Below are positions 10,039 through 20,164 of a stretch of DNA of 64,000 bases, piece by piece. Source of the stretch: a virus (taxonomy: Duplodnaviria > Heunggongvirae > Uroviricota > Caudoviricetes). Every line of letters starts with the position of its first letter. Positions within the stretch are counted from its first letter, which is position 1. Position numbers and translations under genes: made by a program. The notes under the pieces are model-generated. The model was not told where the DNA came from. It searched no databases and was given only the letters and a program-made list of their open reading frames with translations. The stretch is from the IMG/VR virus record IMGVR_UViG_3300035670_000071; one strand, given 5' to 3'.

Positions 10039-11118
10039 ATGAAAAAACTATGGCTGATAATGGGATTAATTTTGGCTATTGGACTACTTTCGGGGTGTTC
10101 TTCACTCACAGCAGTTCAAGATGGATTGACACCGCAAACACCGAAAGGTCAGACACCGCAGCAACAAGAAGCTCCTGCGGTCACATATGCCGACCCAAGT
10201 AAGCCGTTGTCTGAACAAACAGGCGAAATTATGAACAAACCAGAGGTTTTGGTGAACACTACACCTGATGTTGTGAACACAACGCCAGTTGTCAACAGCA
10301 CTCCTGTTGTAAACACTACACCACCTGTTGTAAATGTAACAACGAATGGGACAAATCTATCTTTTAGTGGTATTGACTTAACACCTAATGGTGCATATCA
10401 CACAGGAACGAGTGATAGAGCAGATGTAGAAACATTCACAGTTGCCTCTTGGAATTTGCAAGTCTTTGGAATATCAAAGGCTTCTGAACCAGAACTGATG
10501 AGATTCTATGCCGACAAGATAAGTGACTACGACATTGTATTTGTGCAGGAGATTCGTGACGCTTCAAACACATCATTCAATAAGCTATGTGGAATGCTTA
10601 GTGGATATAGATGTGGTATATCGCAAAGGGAAGGTAGGACATCAACAAAGGAACAAATAGGTCTGCTGTTTAAAGATGATTACGAACTCCTTGAGTTCGT
10701 ATACATCGCAGACCCCGATGATGTCTGGGAAAGGTCGCCTATTATGGCAAAGTTCAATGTGAGCGGATATGTGTTCTCAGTATATAATGCACATATCAAG
10801 CCTGATGATGCAGTCAATGAGATAGAGATGTTCTTCAGGAATGCAGGGAATGATGAGGGTAATGTGATGGTTACTGGCGACTTGAATGCAGGTTGCGACT
10901 ATTATGACCCTGATAAGACTACGGCATTTGATGATTGGTATTGGTTAATCGGGTCAGGTCAGGATACTACAGAGAACCAGAACACCTATTGTGCTTACGA
11001 CAGAATTATAGTCAATAAGAATATGATTGAGAACATTGTAAGGTCTGGTGTTGATGGTGAAGGCATCAATGCGTCAATCAGCGACCATTACTTAGTATTT
11101 GCAGAGGTAGAAATATGA
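10039..11118 (+). CDS. secreted lipoprotein nuclease, endonuclease/exonuclease/phosphatase (DNase I-like) family
   Basis: Lipobox LLSGCSS; NxT-repeat Thr/Pro linker; motifs SWNLQ, GDLNAG and SDHYLV resemble DNase I. Confidence 0.65.
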   Translation: MKKLWLIMGLILAIGLLSGCSSLTAVQDGLTPQTPKGQTPQQQEAPAVTYADPSKPLSEQTGEIMNKPEVLVNTTPDVVNTTPVVNSTPVVNTTPPVVNVTTNGTNLSFSGIDLTPNGAYHTGTSDRADVETFTVASWNLQVFGISKASEPELMRFYADKISDYDIVFVQEIRDASNTSFNKLCGMLSGYRCGISQREGRTSTKEQIGLLFKDDYELLEFVYIADPDDVWERSPIMAKFNVSGYVFSVYNAHIKPDDAVNEIEMFFRNAGNDEGNVMVTGDLNAGCDYYDPDKTTAFDDWYWLIGSGQDTTENQNTYCAYDRIIVNKNMIENIVRSGVDGEGINASISDHYLVFAEVEI

Positions 11119-11807
11119 GATTTATGGTTGTTGGCGACATCCACGGAAGAGTGACCGCACTTAAGCAAGTCCTTCAGAGGTCAGGCTTTGATAAGGAAAA
11201 TGATATGCTTATTGTCCTTGGAGATATAGTTGACGGAGGATACCATACATACGAAGTTGTCGAAGAGCTTTTGACAATCAAATATATTGTATATATCATA
11301 GGCAACCACGATGAATGGTTTATGAACCATATCAAATCAGGTTGGGCAGGAGAAGTCTGGCTTTCACAAGGTGGAAAGAACACAATAAAATCATATAATA
11401 AGAATGGGCTTTCAAAGAAGCACGTTGATTTTTTCAACAGAGGAAAATATTATTATATACTGAATGATATGATTTTTGTCCACGGCGGTTTTAATCCTGC
11501 TGTTCATATCGACACAAACAGACCAGATATATTGACGTGGGATAGGGATTTGATTGAGACGGCACGATATAAGAATATTTATAGAAATGACAGATTGCCA
11601 ATCGACAGAGAAACATTTTGGCGTAAGGTTTTTGTCGGACACACTTCGACAACTATGAAGCCTTACAATTCATTGACACCCGTCAAGTTCAACAATTTGA
11701 TAATGATGGACACGGGTGCAGGATGGGAAGGGAAATTGACTATTATGGACGCTGAAACTGAACAGTATTGGCAGTCAGATATGCAGTTTCCTGCAATAAG
11801 AGAATAG
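11115..11807 (+). CDS. metallophosphoesterase (calcineurin-like Ser/Thr phosphatase / ApaH family)
   Basis: GDIHGR, GDIVDGG and GNHDE motifs. Confidence 0.65.
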   Translation: MRFMVVGDIHGRVTALKQVLQRSGFDKENDMLIVLGDIVDGGYHTYEVVEELLTIKYIVYIIGNHDEWFMNHIKSGWAGEVWLSQGGKNTIKSYNKNGLSKKHVDFFNRGKYYYILNDMIFVHGGFNPAVHIDTNRPDILTWDRDLIETARYKNIYRNDRLPIDRETFWRKVFVGHTSTTMKPYNSLTPVKFNNLIMMDTGAGWEGKLTIMDAETEQYWQSDMQFPAIRE

Positions 11808-12056
11808 GTGAATACTATGGTAAAACAAAAAATATCAGTGGCAGTCGGAGAAGATAAGAAGACTCTTTACGATAAGTATGAACTTTGGTTCAAGACGGAA
11901 ACAACACAAGCTTTTTGGTCGCATTTGGCAGTGTTCTTTTTCAGCTTTTTATTTTGGACGCTTCCTCATTGGTGGGCAAAAGCAGGTGCAGCAATCATCT
12001 TCTTCTACACGGGAGAAAGGTTGCTAAGACTCATTAAATGGAGGATGAAAAAATGA
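11808..12056 (+). CDS. hypothetical membrane protein
   Basis: Hydrophobic core; AGGTGA ribosome-binding site. Confidence 0.35.
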   Translation: MNTMVKQKISVAVGEDKKTLYDKYELWFKTETTQAFWSHLAVFFFSFLFWTLPHWWAKAGAAIIFFYTGERLLRLIKWRMKK

Positions 12057-12364
12057 TGTTAACAATGGAGATTACTCCAATGAGCGTGGCATTGACTGTC
12101 ATCGGCAGTCTTATGCTTATCGGCTTTTTGGTGTTTGTATGGTATCTTCATAGTGTTTGGACTGACTTCAGGACTATGGCGTTGACAAGGATTAAGACAA
12201 AGCTCAAGCTATCCGATGATTGGAGAGCAGTGAGAAAGTGGCAGACCTGGGAGAGCATCTCCGTAGTTTATTTAAACCACGAAGGAAAAAGGCTCAAGGT
12301 TGTTTACAAGCTGAGAGGCGGTAAAGAGATTTTGGAAGTGACAGAAAATGGCGAAGAAAAATAA
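12038..12364 (+). CDS. hypothetical membrane protein
   Basis: TM segment; GGAGGA ribosome-binding site. Confidence 0.35.
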   Translation: MEDEKMMLTMEITPMSVALTVIGSLMLIGFLVFVWYLHSVWTDFRTMALTRIKTKLKLSDDWRAVRKWQTWESISVVYLNHEGKRLKVVYKLRGGKEILEVTENGEEK

Positions 12365-12791
12365 GATACACGATATAGAATTATATGACAAGTATGACCC
12401 TATCTATTCATCAATCCCTGCTTATACTAAGCTGATTGATAGGAGTGATAGAGTTATCTTCTTGAAGAAACAGGCTGTGAAGGATTGGTTCTTCAATCAC
12501 AAAGGCAAGGGTAATGCAGTCCCGCTAAACAAGATTGCAAAAGAACTCAAGTTCAGTCCCGCAGGTAATTCCGCAGACTTCAGATTCATCGTAGCCAAAT
12601 TGATTGAGGAAGAAAAGTATCCTATTGTTGCAGGACCGAAAGGTTATTACTACCCTGTATCTGTTGAAGAACTTGATGAGAACATCGAACAGGAAGAGAA
12701 CAGGGTTCAGGGCATCAAGAGAAGGATTACAGCATTAAGGGAGATACGAGGAAGTTACTATGCAAAAGGACAAATCAGAAACACCATCTAA
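12348..12791 (+). CDS. hypothetical protein
   Basis: ORF in the gene run. Confidence 0.35.
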   Translation: MAKKNKIHDIELYDKYDPIYSSIPAYTKLIDRSDRVIFLKKQAVKDWFFNHKGKGNAVPLNKIAKELKFSPAGNSADFRFIVAKLIEEEKYPIVAGPKGYYYPVSVEELDENIEQEENRVQGIKRRITALREIRGSYYAKGQIRNTI

Positions 12792-13017
12792 AGACACCAA
12801 GCTGTCTTTTTGGGCAATGATTGTAATGTTGGTATTAGGTAGTATATTGTGTGCCAATATATTATTCGGTGCAATAACTCTTATTGCCGTTGAAGGATAC
12901 AGCAATTATTCCTTTTGGAACATTGTTGTCGGTGCGATGGGGTTGATGCTTTGCTTGACATTCATTTACGATGGGTTCAGGAAGATGAGGGGGTTGGAGA
13001 AAAATGGAGAAAAGTAA
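12760..13017 (+). CDS. hypothetical membrane protein
   Basis: Two TM helices. Confidence 0.3.
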   Translation: MQKDKSETPSKDTKLSFWAMIVMLVLGSILCANILFGAITLIAVEGYSNYSFWNIVVGAMGLMLCLTFIYDGFRKMRGLEKNGEK

Positions 13018-13148
13018 AATATTCTATGGCATAGCCATAGTTGGAATTGCCTTATTGATATGGCAGATGGTATCTATTGTAAAAGTTCCATCATTATCAA
13101 TCCTGTTCTTAAGCAGGGAGTTTGACAGCGAACTAAGCATTTCATTGC

Positions 13149-13454
13149 TTGGAATTATATTATTATTTGCAGGAGCTTACTTCGGTAAGAAGGCTTCGGA
13201 TGAGGGTGAATGAGATGACAAATTTTTATTATGTTATAGAGAAGACAGTGAAACCTGGCGAAGTGATTAAGGAGCTTGGTGAGGGAGAAGAGACTTGGCG
13301 AAGTCGTGCATTCAGGGAACACCGAATGGCAACATTCCTTTACAAGAAGAAGGCTCGTGAGAACCAGAACCCTCTTGTCTATTATCACGTCAGGATGGAA
13401 GATTCAGAAGCCGATATGAAAGACAAATCACATAGGACAGAAGTGATGAAATGA
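13149..13454 (+). CDS. hypothetical protein
   Basis: ORF in the gene run. Confidence 0.3.
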   Translation: MELYYYLQELTSVRRLRMRVNEMTNFYYVIEKTVKPGEVIKELGEGEETWRSRAFREHRMATFLYKKKARENQNPLVYYHVRMEDSEADMKDKSHRTEVMK

Positions 13455-13765
13455 TTTGTGAACAATGTGCTGATGATGTAGAGTTCCATAGGACAGGACT
13501 TTGCATTCATTGCCGTGAAGAAAAGATTGGAGAATTAAGAGAGCAGATTGCGGAGTTGGAATGCTATGAATAAAGATGATAAACCAAAGATTAGATGGAT
13601 TGGAGTCATCATCGGTTCATTCACAGGTTCAGCAATCGTATCGCTATTCAACCTTATCTTTTTTCACAGATTCAGTTTACCGACATTAGTTGGCGGAACC
13701 ATTCTTGGAATGGGACTTGCCTATATTATACTAAGATTTTTTTACAAATTTGAGGATGAATAACA

Positions 13766-14230
13766 ATGGACATAAATGCACCAAACGAATGGCAATGCAG
13801 TCATTGCAAAGCAACCTATTCATTTCAGGAGTTTATCACATTGAAGAGTGAATGGGTTGACCCGAACAGAGTAGAGTATGGAAAGGTTTCCATCTGCCGT
13901 AATTGTGGCAAGAAATTCCACAAGAACAAGTGGCAACTGAAAAACATTATCTGGGCATTTCCTAATCCGTTTACATTCTTTTTGTATCCGTCAATCAGGG
14001 TGTCTACCGTCCATTTAGAGCTTAATCATTTTGGCTATTGGTATGAAACTATGGTTTTTGCGGACAAGAAGTGGTGCAGCATCTATGAGGTGCTTGTCAA
14101 TGTCCAAATCAGATATAAGACCGAAGAGGAAGCAATCAAAGGTCATAACGCAATCTTGCGTAAGATAATGGAGAAGCAATACACTTTCAGAGAGAACGAA
14201 GATAAAGTGTTGGAGTTAAAGCTACTATGA
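13766..14230 (+). CDS. zinc-ribbon protein
   Basis: CSHCKATY...CRNCGKKF. Confidence 0.4.
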   Translation: MDINAPNEWQCSHCKATYSFQEFITLKSEWVDPNRVEYGKVSICRNCGKKFHKNKWQLKNIIWAFPNPFTFFLYPSIRVSTVHLELNHFGYWYETMVFADKKWCSIYEVLVNVQIRYKTEEEAIKGHNAILRKIMEKQYTFRENEDKVLELKLL

Positions 14231-14457
14231 ATTGGAAACATTTACTTTGGATAATTCCGTTGGTGCTGATAATTGGGGCATTCATCGGATTCAGATTATT
14301 TGCATTCACGATAGATACACTGGACACGATGGTAGAGACCATAGACCAATGTTCGATTCAGACATTACAATACATTGCGGAACAAAATAATGATTGTCAA
14401 ATATTGATTAGCGGATATATGCGTCAATGTGCAGACAACATAACAAGAAGTGATTGA
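14227..14457 (+). CDS. hypothetical membrane protein
   Basis: TM segment. Confidence 0.3.
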   Translation: MNWKHLLWIIPLVLIIGAFIGFRLFAFTIDTLDTMVETIDQCSIQTLQYIAEQNNDCQILISGYMRQCADNITRSD

Positions 14458-14464
14458 TATGATG
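14447..14464 (+). repeat. 18-bp direct repeat copy 1 (gaagtgattgatatgatg) flanking the GIY-YIG gene
   Basis: Exact 18-mer also at 14846..14863. Confidence 0.6.
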
Positions 14465-14845
14465 ATATTGGAAGAAAAGAAATTTAATGATATTCCTAAA
14501 AAACCATTATTAAAATATTTTCAAAAATACAACTTTGATAAAAAAGAAAAAATTATTTATTGCCCTATGAAATATGAAGAATTGTTTAAAATCCCAAAAG
14601 ATATTATAGGTCTTTATTATATTATTACTGATGGAGAAATCATTTATATCGGTCATAGTGAAGAATGTAGAAACAGACTGCTCCAACATTTTCATAATTT
14701 TTCACCACTCGATAGAGTTATAATACATATTGGTTTGGATGAATATAGAAAAGAAAATGAAGAAATTTTAAGAATAAAACCAAAATATAATTCAGTAGGT
14801 AATTTTACTTGGGGTAATTTGAGAGACCTTAAAATTATTGAATGA
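14450..14845 (+). CDS. GIY-YIG homing-type endonuclease
   Basis: GLYYIITDGEIIYIGHSEECRNRLLQH matches the GIY-YIG signature; very AT-rich; flanked by an 18-bp direct repeat. Confidence 0.65.
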   Translation: MIDMMILEEKKFNDIPKKPLLKYFQKYNFDKKEKIIYCPMKYEELFKIPKDIIGLYYIITDGEIIYIGHSEECRNRLLQHFHNFSPLDRVIIHIGLDEYRKENEEILRIKPKYNSVGNFTWGNLRDLKIIE

Positions 14846-14863
14846 GAAGTGATTGATATGATG
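14846..14863 (+). repeat. 18-bp direct repeat copy 2
   Basis: Identical 18-mer supplying the start (MIDMM) of the downstream gene. Confidence 0.6.
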
Positions 14864-15118
14864 TTAGATGTAGGTAAAAACACGAAGAAAGATTTGTTCT
14901 GGATTATTCCAGAGATTGTCGGTTCAGTTGCGTTGTCAATCGCAGGAGCAATGCATCTTGGAGTTGTTCCTCACCCAGAAGTCATCGGATTGTGGGAATG
15001 GATTTACAATGTCGGCTTATGCGGTGTCGTGATTATGTTCGGGTTTAAGGGAATGTTCAAAGGACTCAACGAGTTCTCTGAAGTGTTCGCAAAAGAAGAG
15101 GTTCCCGATAATGGATAA
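14849..15118 (+). CDS. hypothetical membrane protein
   Basis: TM helices; its start region is duplicated upstream of the GIY-YIG gene. Confidence 0.4.
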   Translation: MIDMMLDVGKNTKKDLFWIIPEIVGSVALSIAGAMHLGVVPHPEVIGLWEWIYNVGLCGVVIMFGFKGMFKGLNEFSEVFAKEEVPDNG

Positions 15119-15467
15119 GGATAAAGATGGCTTGTCAGGTCTTACGTCAAGCCTTATTGGAATAGGATTAAGCAGTGCAATATTAGGAGGGATGATGAAT
15201 ATGTTCGGCAATAGAGAAGAGATTCCGAAAGGGGTCGTTAAGGAAATGATGCACGGGCTAATGCTCGGTGTAGTTGATTTGGTCAACGAGAAAGATTATG
15301 AAATCAAGGAGCTGAAAGACAGGCTCGAACAGCAGAAGAATGACATAAAGGAACTGACTGCTGACAAGGAAGCTGCGGAAAGACGCTATCAGGAAATCCT
15401 GAAGTTCGCTGAAGACTTGAAAGCCAAAGCTGATGCTAAGAAGGAAGCTCCTAAAAAGAAGAAGTGA
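15111..15467 (+). CDS. hypothetical membrane/coiled-coil protein
   Basis: Gly-rich TM followed by a coiled coil. Confidence 0.35.
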   Translation: MDKDKDGLSGLTSSLIGIGLSSAILGGMMNMFGNREEIPKGVVKEMMHGLMLGVVDLVNEKDYEIKELKDRLEQQKNDIKELTADKEAAERRYQEILKFAEDLKAKADAKKEAPKKKK

Positions 15468-16003
15468 ATGAATGGTTGTTTGTTTTGATTGTGGAAGCGT
15501 GAAAGTTTGTGTTATATATGATAACAAACTTTTACTCTGCAAAAGATGTTATGAAAAAAGAAACGAGCAAGACAAGCTATGGCTTGAGAAACACAAAGGG
15601 TATTACTGATGGTCGTCAATGAAACAGCGTGTGCGTGGTATACGGAAGGGCTTACTTATTCCTGTCAACACTATTGTTCGATGCCTACGGAATGTCATAT
15701 AAATGCTGTCGGAGCAATCTCTCTTGGCATCATCATCTTTGCGGCGATATGGTTTTTGACTCCTGTAATCATTGACGTTGCCAAAGGATTATTCGGAAAT
15801 AAACGAGGGTAGAAAGTGCAGTTAGAACTCATATGCAAGACTTGTGGAGGAAAAGACTTCATTAGACGTGCCTGTGGTTCTTCACCAAAAAACCAAGAAG
15901 AATGGGAAGACTTCGAGTGCAAGAAATGTCGGGAATGGATTGTCGTAAAATATACAGCTAAGTGGATGGTTTACAATAAGAAGAAGAAATCAAAGGTGAA
16001 AAA

Positions 16004-16255
16004 ATGAGATTAGCCATAATTATTATCGTCTTAGGAGCGGTGTTTTTGAGCGGATGCACCACCGAATCATCGACGGTAGAGACGCTTGAGAAAGCAGGGT
16101 TCACCGACATAGAAACACAAGGTTGGGACGCTTTGGGTTGCAGTGATGATGACTTTTATTCAACAAAGTTCACAGCAAAGAATGTGAACAATCAATCAGT
16201 AGAAGGAACTGTTTGTTGCGGTCTTTTATTCAAGAGATGCACAATCAGATATTGA
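16004..16255 (+). CDS. small lipoprotein
   Basis: Lipobox FLSGCTT. Confidence 0.35.
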   Translation: MRLAIIIIVLGAVFLSGCTTESSTVETLEKAGFTDIETQGWDALGCSDDDFYSTKFTAKNVNNQSVEGTVCCGLLFKRCTIRY

Positions 16256-16265
16256 GGTATTTGTA

Positions 16266-16664
16266 ATGAGTGAAGAGAAGAAAGAGAAAATGGTTTTGAC
16301 GAATGTTCCGCATAATGATTTGACGGAGTTCGATTACGACACAGGATTCTATCTCCTGTGGTTAGCTATAAGTATGACATTGTTTATTGCTTTTTCATTT
16401 ATGTCATCAATCTATGACCCCGAATGGTTTCACCCAATCGAAAGATTGTTCTGGTGGTTCTGGTTCATAACATCAATATTCATATTCAAGAGACGCAATG
16501 ATAATCTTGTATTCCAACATAATATACAGAAACTTCAGGCAGACTACAGGGAAGTCTACGACGCTAAAGTGAATGTCGGAGTCCTTGAAGCATTGATAAC
16601 AATAAAGAAAGAAAAACTTGCTGAGGAAAAAGCGAATGCTCACATTCACAAAAAACAAAAATGA
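16266..16664 (+). CDS. hypothetical membrane protein
   Basis: Two TM helices. Confidence 0.35.
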   Translation: MSEEKKEKMVLTNVPHNDLTEFDYDTGFYLLWLAISMTLFIAFSFMSSIYDPEWFHPIERLFWWFWFITSIFIFKRRNDNLVFQHNIQKLQADYREVYDAKVNVGVLEALITIKKEKLAEEKANAHIHKKQK

Positions 16665-16844
16665 TGAATATGAAATCACTAATGATAAGGACCAGTTCCT
16701 GGGTATTGTCAAGAAACAACGAGTTGGCACCTATCTTCACTGGTGTTTTTTCCCAGACCAAGCTCCTCTCGGTGACCTTTGGTTTAGTGCAGGTTGTATG
16801 GACGAGATTAGGGCTTTTATGAAAAATCCTGAGAGGTATAAACA

Positions 16845-17060
16845 ATGAAGTGCTCAATGTGTGAGAATTATTTTTCACCACCATTCAAAATAATCTATAA
16901 TAAAGAAGGCAAAAGAATCAAAGTATGTCAAAAGTGTTATGATAACGCAACAATAAAGATAAGCAAAAATACTTGTCCTGTTTGCAAAAAACTTATGAAA
17001 GACGACACCGAAGCACAGCAGGAATACTGTGAAAAGTGTGGTGTCTGGTATAATTATTGA
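16845..17060 (+). CDS. zinc-ribbon miniprotein
   Basis: Four CxxC pairs. Confidence 0.4.
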   Translation: MKCSMCENYFSPPFKIIYNKEGKRIKVCQKCYDNATIKISKNTCPVCKKLMKDDTEAQQEYCEKCGVWYNY

Positions 17061-17367
17061 GGCTAATAAAATGACTGGTTATGTGACATTGGAACAGGAT
17101 ATATTCAAGGTGTTCGAGAAGCGTGGGATAAAGATAGACAAGATAGAAGTCGACGTGAAGAATGGAAAATATACAATATCTGTCACCTATCCAGAAGCCG
17201 TAAAAGAATTTGCTGATAATAAAATATTCAATGACGAAAGATATGTAGAAGTCCTTTGCCAATCTTGCAGGAAGAATAAGGTGAAGGTGCTCAAGAATCA
17301 CCCTTACTTTGGGATTTTATGTAGCACCTGTATGAAAGGATGCGTCTATACAGTGAGGAAAGAATGA
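17029..17367 (+). CDS. hypothetical protein with C-terminal CxxC pair
   Basis: ORF in the gene run. Confidence 0.35.
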   Translation: MKSVVSGIIIEANKMTGYVTLEQDIFKVFEKRGIKIDKIEVDVKNGKYTISVTYPEAVKEFADNKIFNDERYVEVLCQSCRKNKVKVLKNHPYFGILCSTCMKGCVYTVRKE

Positions 17368-17493
17368 ACAAAGCGGGGTGCTTTTTATGTGTGATAAATG
17401 TGGGTTTTGGATGGCCTGTGCGGAATGCAGTAAGAAATACGCAGAGGTCGATAGGGAATTAACAAGGATAGAATACGAGAAGGAGTTGGCAAA

Positions 17494-17871
17494 ATGACTG
17501 ATGATAAAAAGACTAAACTGATTAATGCTCTGCACAAGATGCAAGACACAGTGAATAATTATTGGGAAACGATTGATGTGCTTTCATACTGCGATAGGCC
17601 ATTCTCTGAAGCTCTTGACGAGATACAGAAGTCACAGCCTAAAGGCGTGAAGCTGAAGAAGAAAGAGAGAAAGGCATTGTTGATGAAGACACTTAATGAG
17701 AAGATGCCTGAATTTGTCAAGACGCTTGACGAGTTCGACTTGATGATGGAAGCTGTCGAATTAAGAATTGAAGAGTCAAAGGACAAGCTCCAAGACAAAC
17801 TTGACGGCCTTGACGAACTTGAAGATTTACAAAATGAGATTGAGGAAAGGAAGAGGGAGCTTGACCTATGA
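17494..17871 (+). CDS. hypothetical coiled-coil protein
   Basis: ORF in the gene run. Confidence 0.35.
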   Translation: MTDDKKTKLINALHKMQDTVNNYWETIDVLSYCDRPFSEALDEIQKSQPKGVKLKKKERKALLMKTLNEKMPEFVKTLDEFDLMMEAVELRIEESKDKLQDKLDGLDELEDLQNEIEERKRELDL

Positions 17872-18012
17872 TTGAGATTGGAATTATTGAGGTAGGGTTG
17901 GTGTTCCTAATAATTGGCGGAATCTGGGCTTTCGTCCAATTCATTCTTCCACTTATGGGGGAATAGAAACATTTATATATAAGTTAGTATATACTAACTA
18001 TATCGCATTTGC

Positions 18013-19608
18013 TTGAACCGCAATTTATCGGCGATGGAGGAAAATACAATGGCAAGATTTAATGCTAAAATATCAGAGTCTACAAAGACTACAAATCACG
18101 AAGGTGCAATAGCTTACAAGCTAACACCTGAACTTGAGCTATACGCTACAGTTTGCACTGCATCATTGCAGGACAAATTCTATGAAAAGGCAGATGAAAC
18201 TCTAACAAGAATCAGAGCTTTAATCAAGAAAGTCGACCCTATGTTCGTTGCTAAGTTAGCAGTCTACGCAAGGGAACAGATGTATCTTAGAAGCATTCCT
18301 TTAGTCCTTGTCATAGAACTGAACAAGCAGGTAGAAGACAAGTCTTTAATTGTCCCACTTACAAAGAGAGTCATCCAAAGAGCTGATGAGATTACAGAGC
18401 TTCTGGCATACTACCAGACAGCAAACCCTCAGAACGCTAAGGAAGTTAAGGGCAACAAGAAAAAGCTCTGCAAACTATCTAAAGCCCTATCTAAAGGCAT
18501 TGCAGAATCATTCCATAAGTTTGACGAATATCAGTTTGCTAAATACAATACTGATGGCGAAGTTAAGCTAAGGGACGCTCTGTTCTTGACGCACCCTAAA
18601 CCAATGAACCCAACAGAGGTTGCATTGTTCAAGAAGATTGCACAGGACACACTGGACACTCCTTACACTTGGGAAGTAGAATTGTCTACTGCCAAGGCTA
18701 AAGGCAAGGAGAAGAAACAAGTCTGGCAAGAACTTATTGATTCCAATAAGCTTGGCTATATGGCCCTATTGAGAAACCTGAGAAATATACTTCAGGAAGA
18801 TGTCTCAAAAGAGCATATGATTAAGGTAGCTAAAGCTATTTCCGACCCTGAACAGGTAAGGAAATCCAAGCAGCTTCCGTTCAGATTCCTATCGGCCTAC
18901 AAAGAACTTGCAGGTTCCGCAAAGAAACGAGGCTATTCAAGGTCTGATGATGAAACAAAAATCAACAGCCCTTACGTTAGCCTTATGCTTGACGCACTTG
19001 AGGACGCTATTGCTGTTTCAGCAGAGAACGTGCCTGGCTTCGGCTATGACACGAGCATCCTGATTGCATCAGACGTTTCAGGTTCAATGCAAAAGCCTGT
19101 ATCTGAAAAGAGTAAGATTGAGAACTATGATATAGGCTTGACGCTATCAATGGTATTGCAACACAGATGCAAGGTAGTCCAAACAGGTATCTTCGGTGAC
19201 TCCTTTAAGATAAAGGCACTCCCAAAGAAGGCTATATTGGCTAACGTGCTGAAGCTCTACGAAATTGAAGGCGAAGTCGGCTACTCAACAAACGGCTACA
19301 AGGTAATCAGACACCTTATTGAAACCAAACAAAAGGTTGACAAGGTAATGATTTTCACTGACTGCCAAATGTGGAATAGTGACGGCGATGGTAGCACTTT
19401 CGTAAAGGAATGGAACACATATAAGAGTTTCAACCCTTCAGCGAAGTTATACCTTTTCGACCTTAGCGGTTACGGCAATACTCCAATCTCTACAAGAGAG
19501 AAGGACGTTTACCTGATTGCGGGTTGGTCTGAGAAAGTCTTCGGTGTGCTTTCAGCACTCGAAGAGGGCAAGACTGCGATAGATGTAATCAACAAGGTGA
19601 CTCTATGA
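18013..19608 (+). CDS. Ro60/TROVE-domain ribonucleoprotein with C-terminal vWA domain (Rsr-like)
   Basis: TROVE-type N-terminal region (HEGAIAYKL...YAREQMYLRS) and a vWA MIDAS motif IASDVSGSM; the likely true start is the ATG near 18049 behind a GGAGGA ribosome-binding site. Confidence 0.8.
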   Translation: MNRNLSAMEENTMARFNAKISESTKTTNHEGAIAYKLTPELELYATVCTASLQDKFYEKADETLTRIRALIKKVDPMFVAKLAVYAREQMYLRSIPLVLVIELNKQVEDKSLIVPLTKRVIQRADEITELLAYYQTANPQNAKEVKGNKKKLCKLSKALSKGIAESFHKFDEYQFAKYNTDGEVKLRDALFLTHPKPMNPTEVALFKKIAQDTLDTPYTWEVELSTAKAKGKEKKQVWQELIDSNKLGYMALLRNLRNILQEDVSKEHMIKVAKAISDPEQVRKSKQLPFRFLSAYKELAGSAKKRGYSRSDDETKINSPYVSLMLDALEDAIAVSAENVPGFGYDTSILIASDVSGSMQKPVSEKSKIENYDIGLTLSMVLQHRCKVVQTGIFGDSFKIKALPKKAILANVLKLYEIEGEVGYSTNGYKVIRHLIETKQKVDKVMIFTDCQMWNSDGDGSTFVKEWNTYKSFNPSAKLYLFDLSGYGNTPISTREKDVYLIAGWSEKVFGVLSALEEGKTAIDVINKVTL

Positions 19609-19871
19609 GTATGAAAGATTCAGGAACAGAGTGTTGCCATTCAGTTGGCAGCTCTATATTTTTTTGGATTGGTATCATACTCATCGTAGGGTCTGTTTTT
19701 TATGTAGGCAAAATACAGGTTCAACAATGGAGAGAAGTCGAAGCATACTGCAATGAGCAGTTTGGTGAAGGCAACTGGACATTGAACGAAACAACAGGAA
19801 CTGGCGATAACAAATATTACATAGGTCAAGTTCACGAATGTATCCAAAATCACTCCATTGACCTTACATAA
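19605..19871 (+). CDS. hypothetical small membrane protein
   Basis: TM segment. Confidence 0.3.
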   Translation: MSMKDSGTECCHSVGSSIFFWIGIILIVGSVFYVGKIQVQQWREVEAYCNEQFGEGNWTLNETTGTGDNKYYIGQVHECIQNHSIDLT

Positions 19872-19944
19872 ATCACGCTTCCTTATGGGCTTGACAACTG
19901 CCAATGAAATTGTCTGGGTTTATATTGTTGTCCCAAAATGACTA

Positions 19945-20150
19945 TCGGGCTTTGAAATCCGCAAGGATTCCAGAGCTACGTCAAAGAAACAACCATCGTC
20001 TGCCACCTGATGTATGAGCGTGGTGAGCTGCAACCCTTCGGGGTTGGTGACCTCATAAGGACTCGAAAGAGCAGGTCACCCGTGGGATGCTCTGAACTCC
20101 CTGAACTTTACTGCCTTTTCCTATAGGCGAAAAGGCAACCTTTTTATATT
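19945..20150 (+). ncRNA. candidate structured ncRNA (Y-RNA-like) 1
   Basis: ORF-free stretch; UUCG-capped hairpin caacccTTCGgggttg; 8-bp helix ggtgacct/aggtcacc enclosing a GAAA tetraloop; ends in a hairpin plus T-run. Confidence 0.3.
20113..20146 (+). terminator. hairpin (gccttttc/gaaaaggc) followed by TTTTT
   Basis: 8-bp stem, 8-nt loop, oligo-T tract. Confidence 0.4.
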
Positions 20151-20164
20151 AGTTAGTATATCCT

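Noticed and set aside
18350-18571. 73-aa ORF in an alternative frame inside the Ro60 gene
   Set aside because: It is fully embedded in a well-supported 531-aa CDS, with an R/L/S-rich low-complexity translation.
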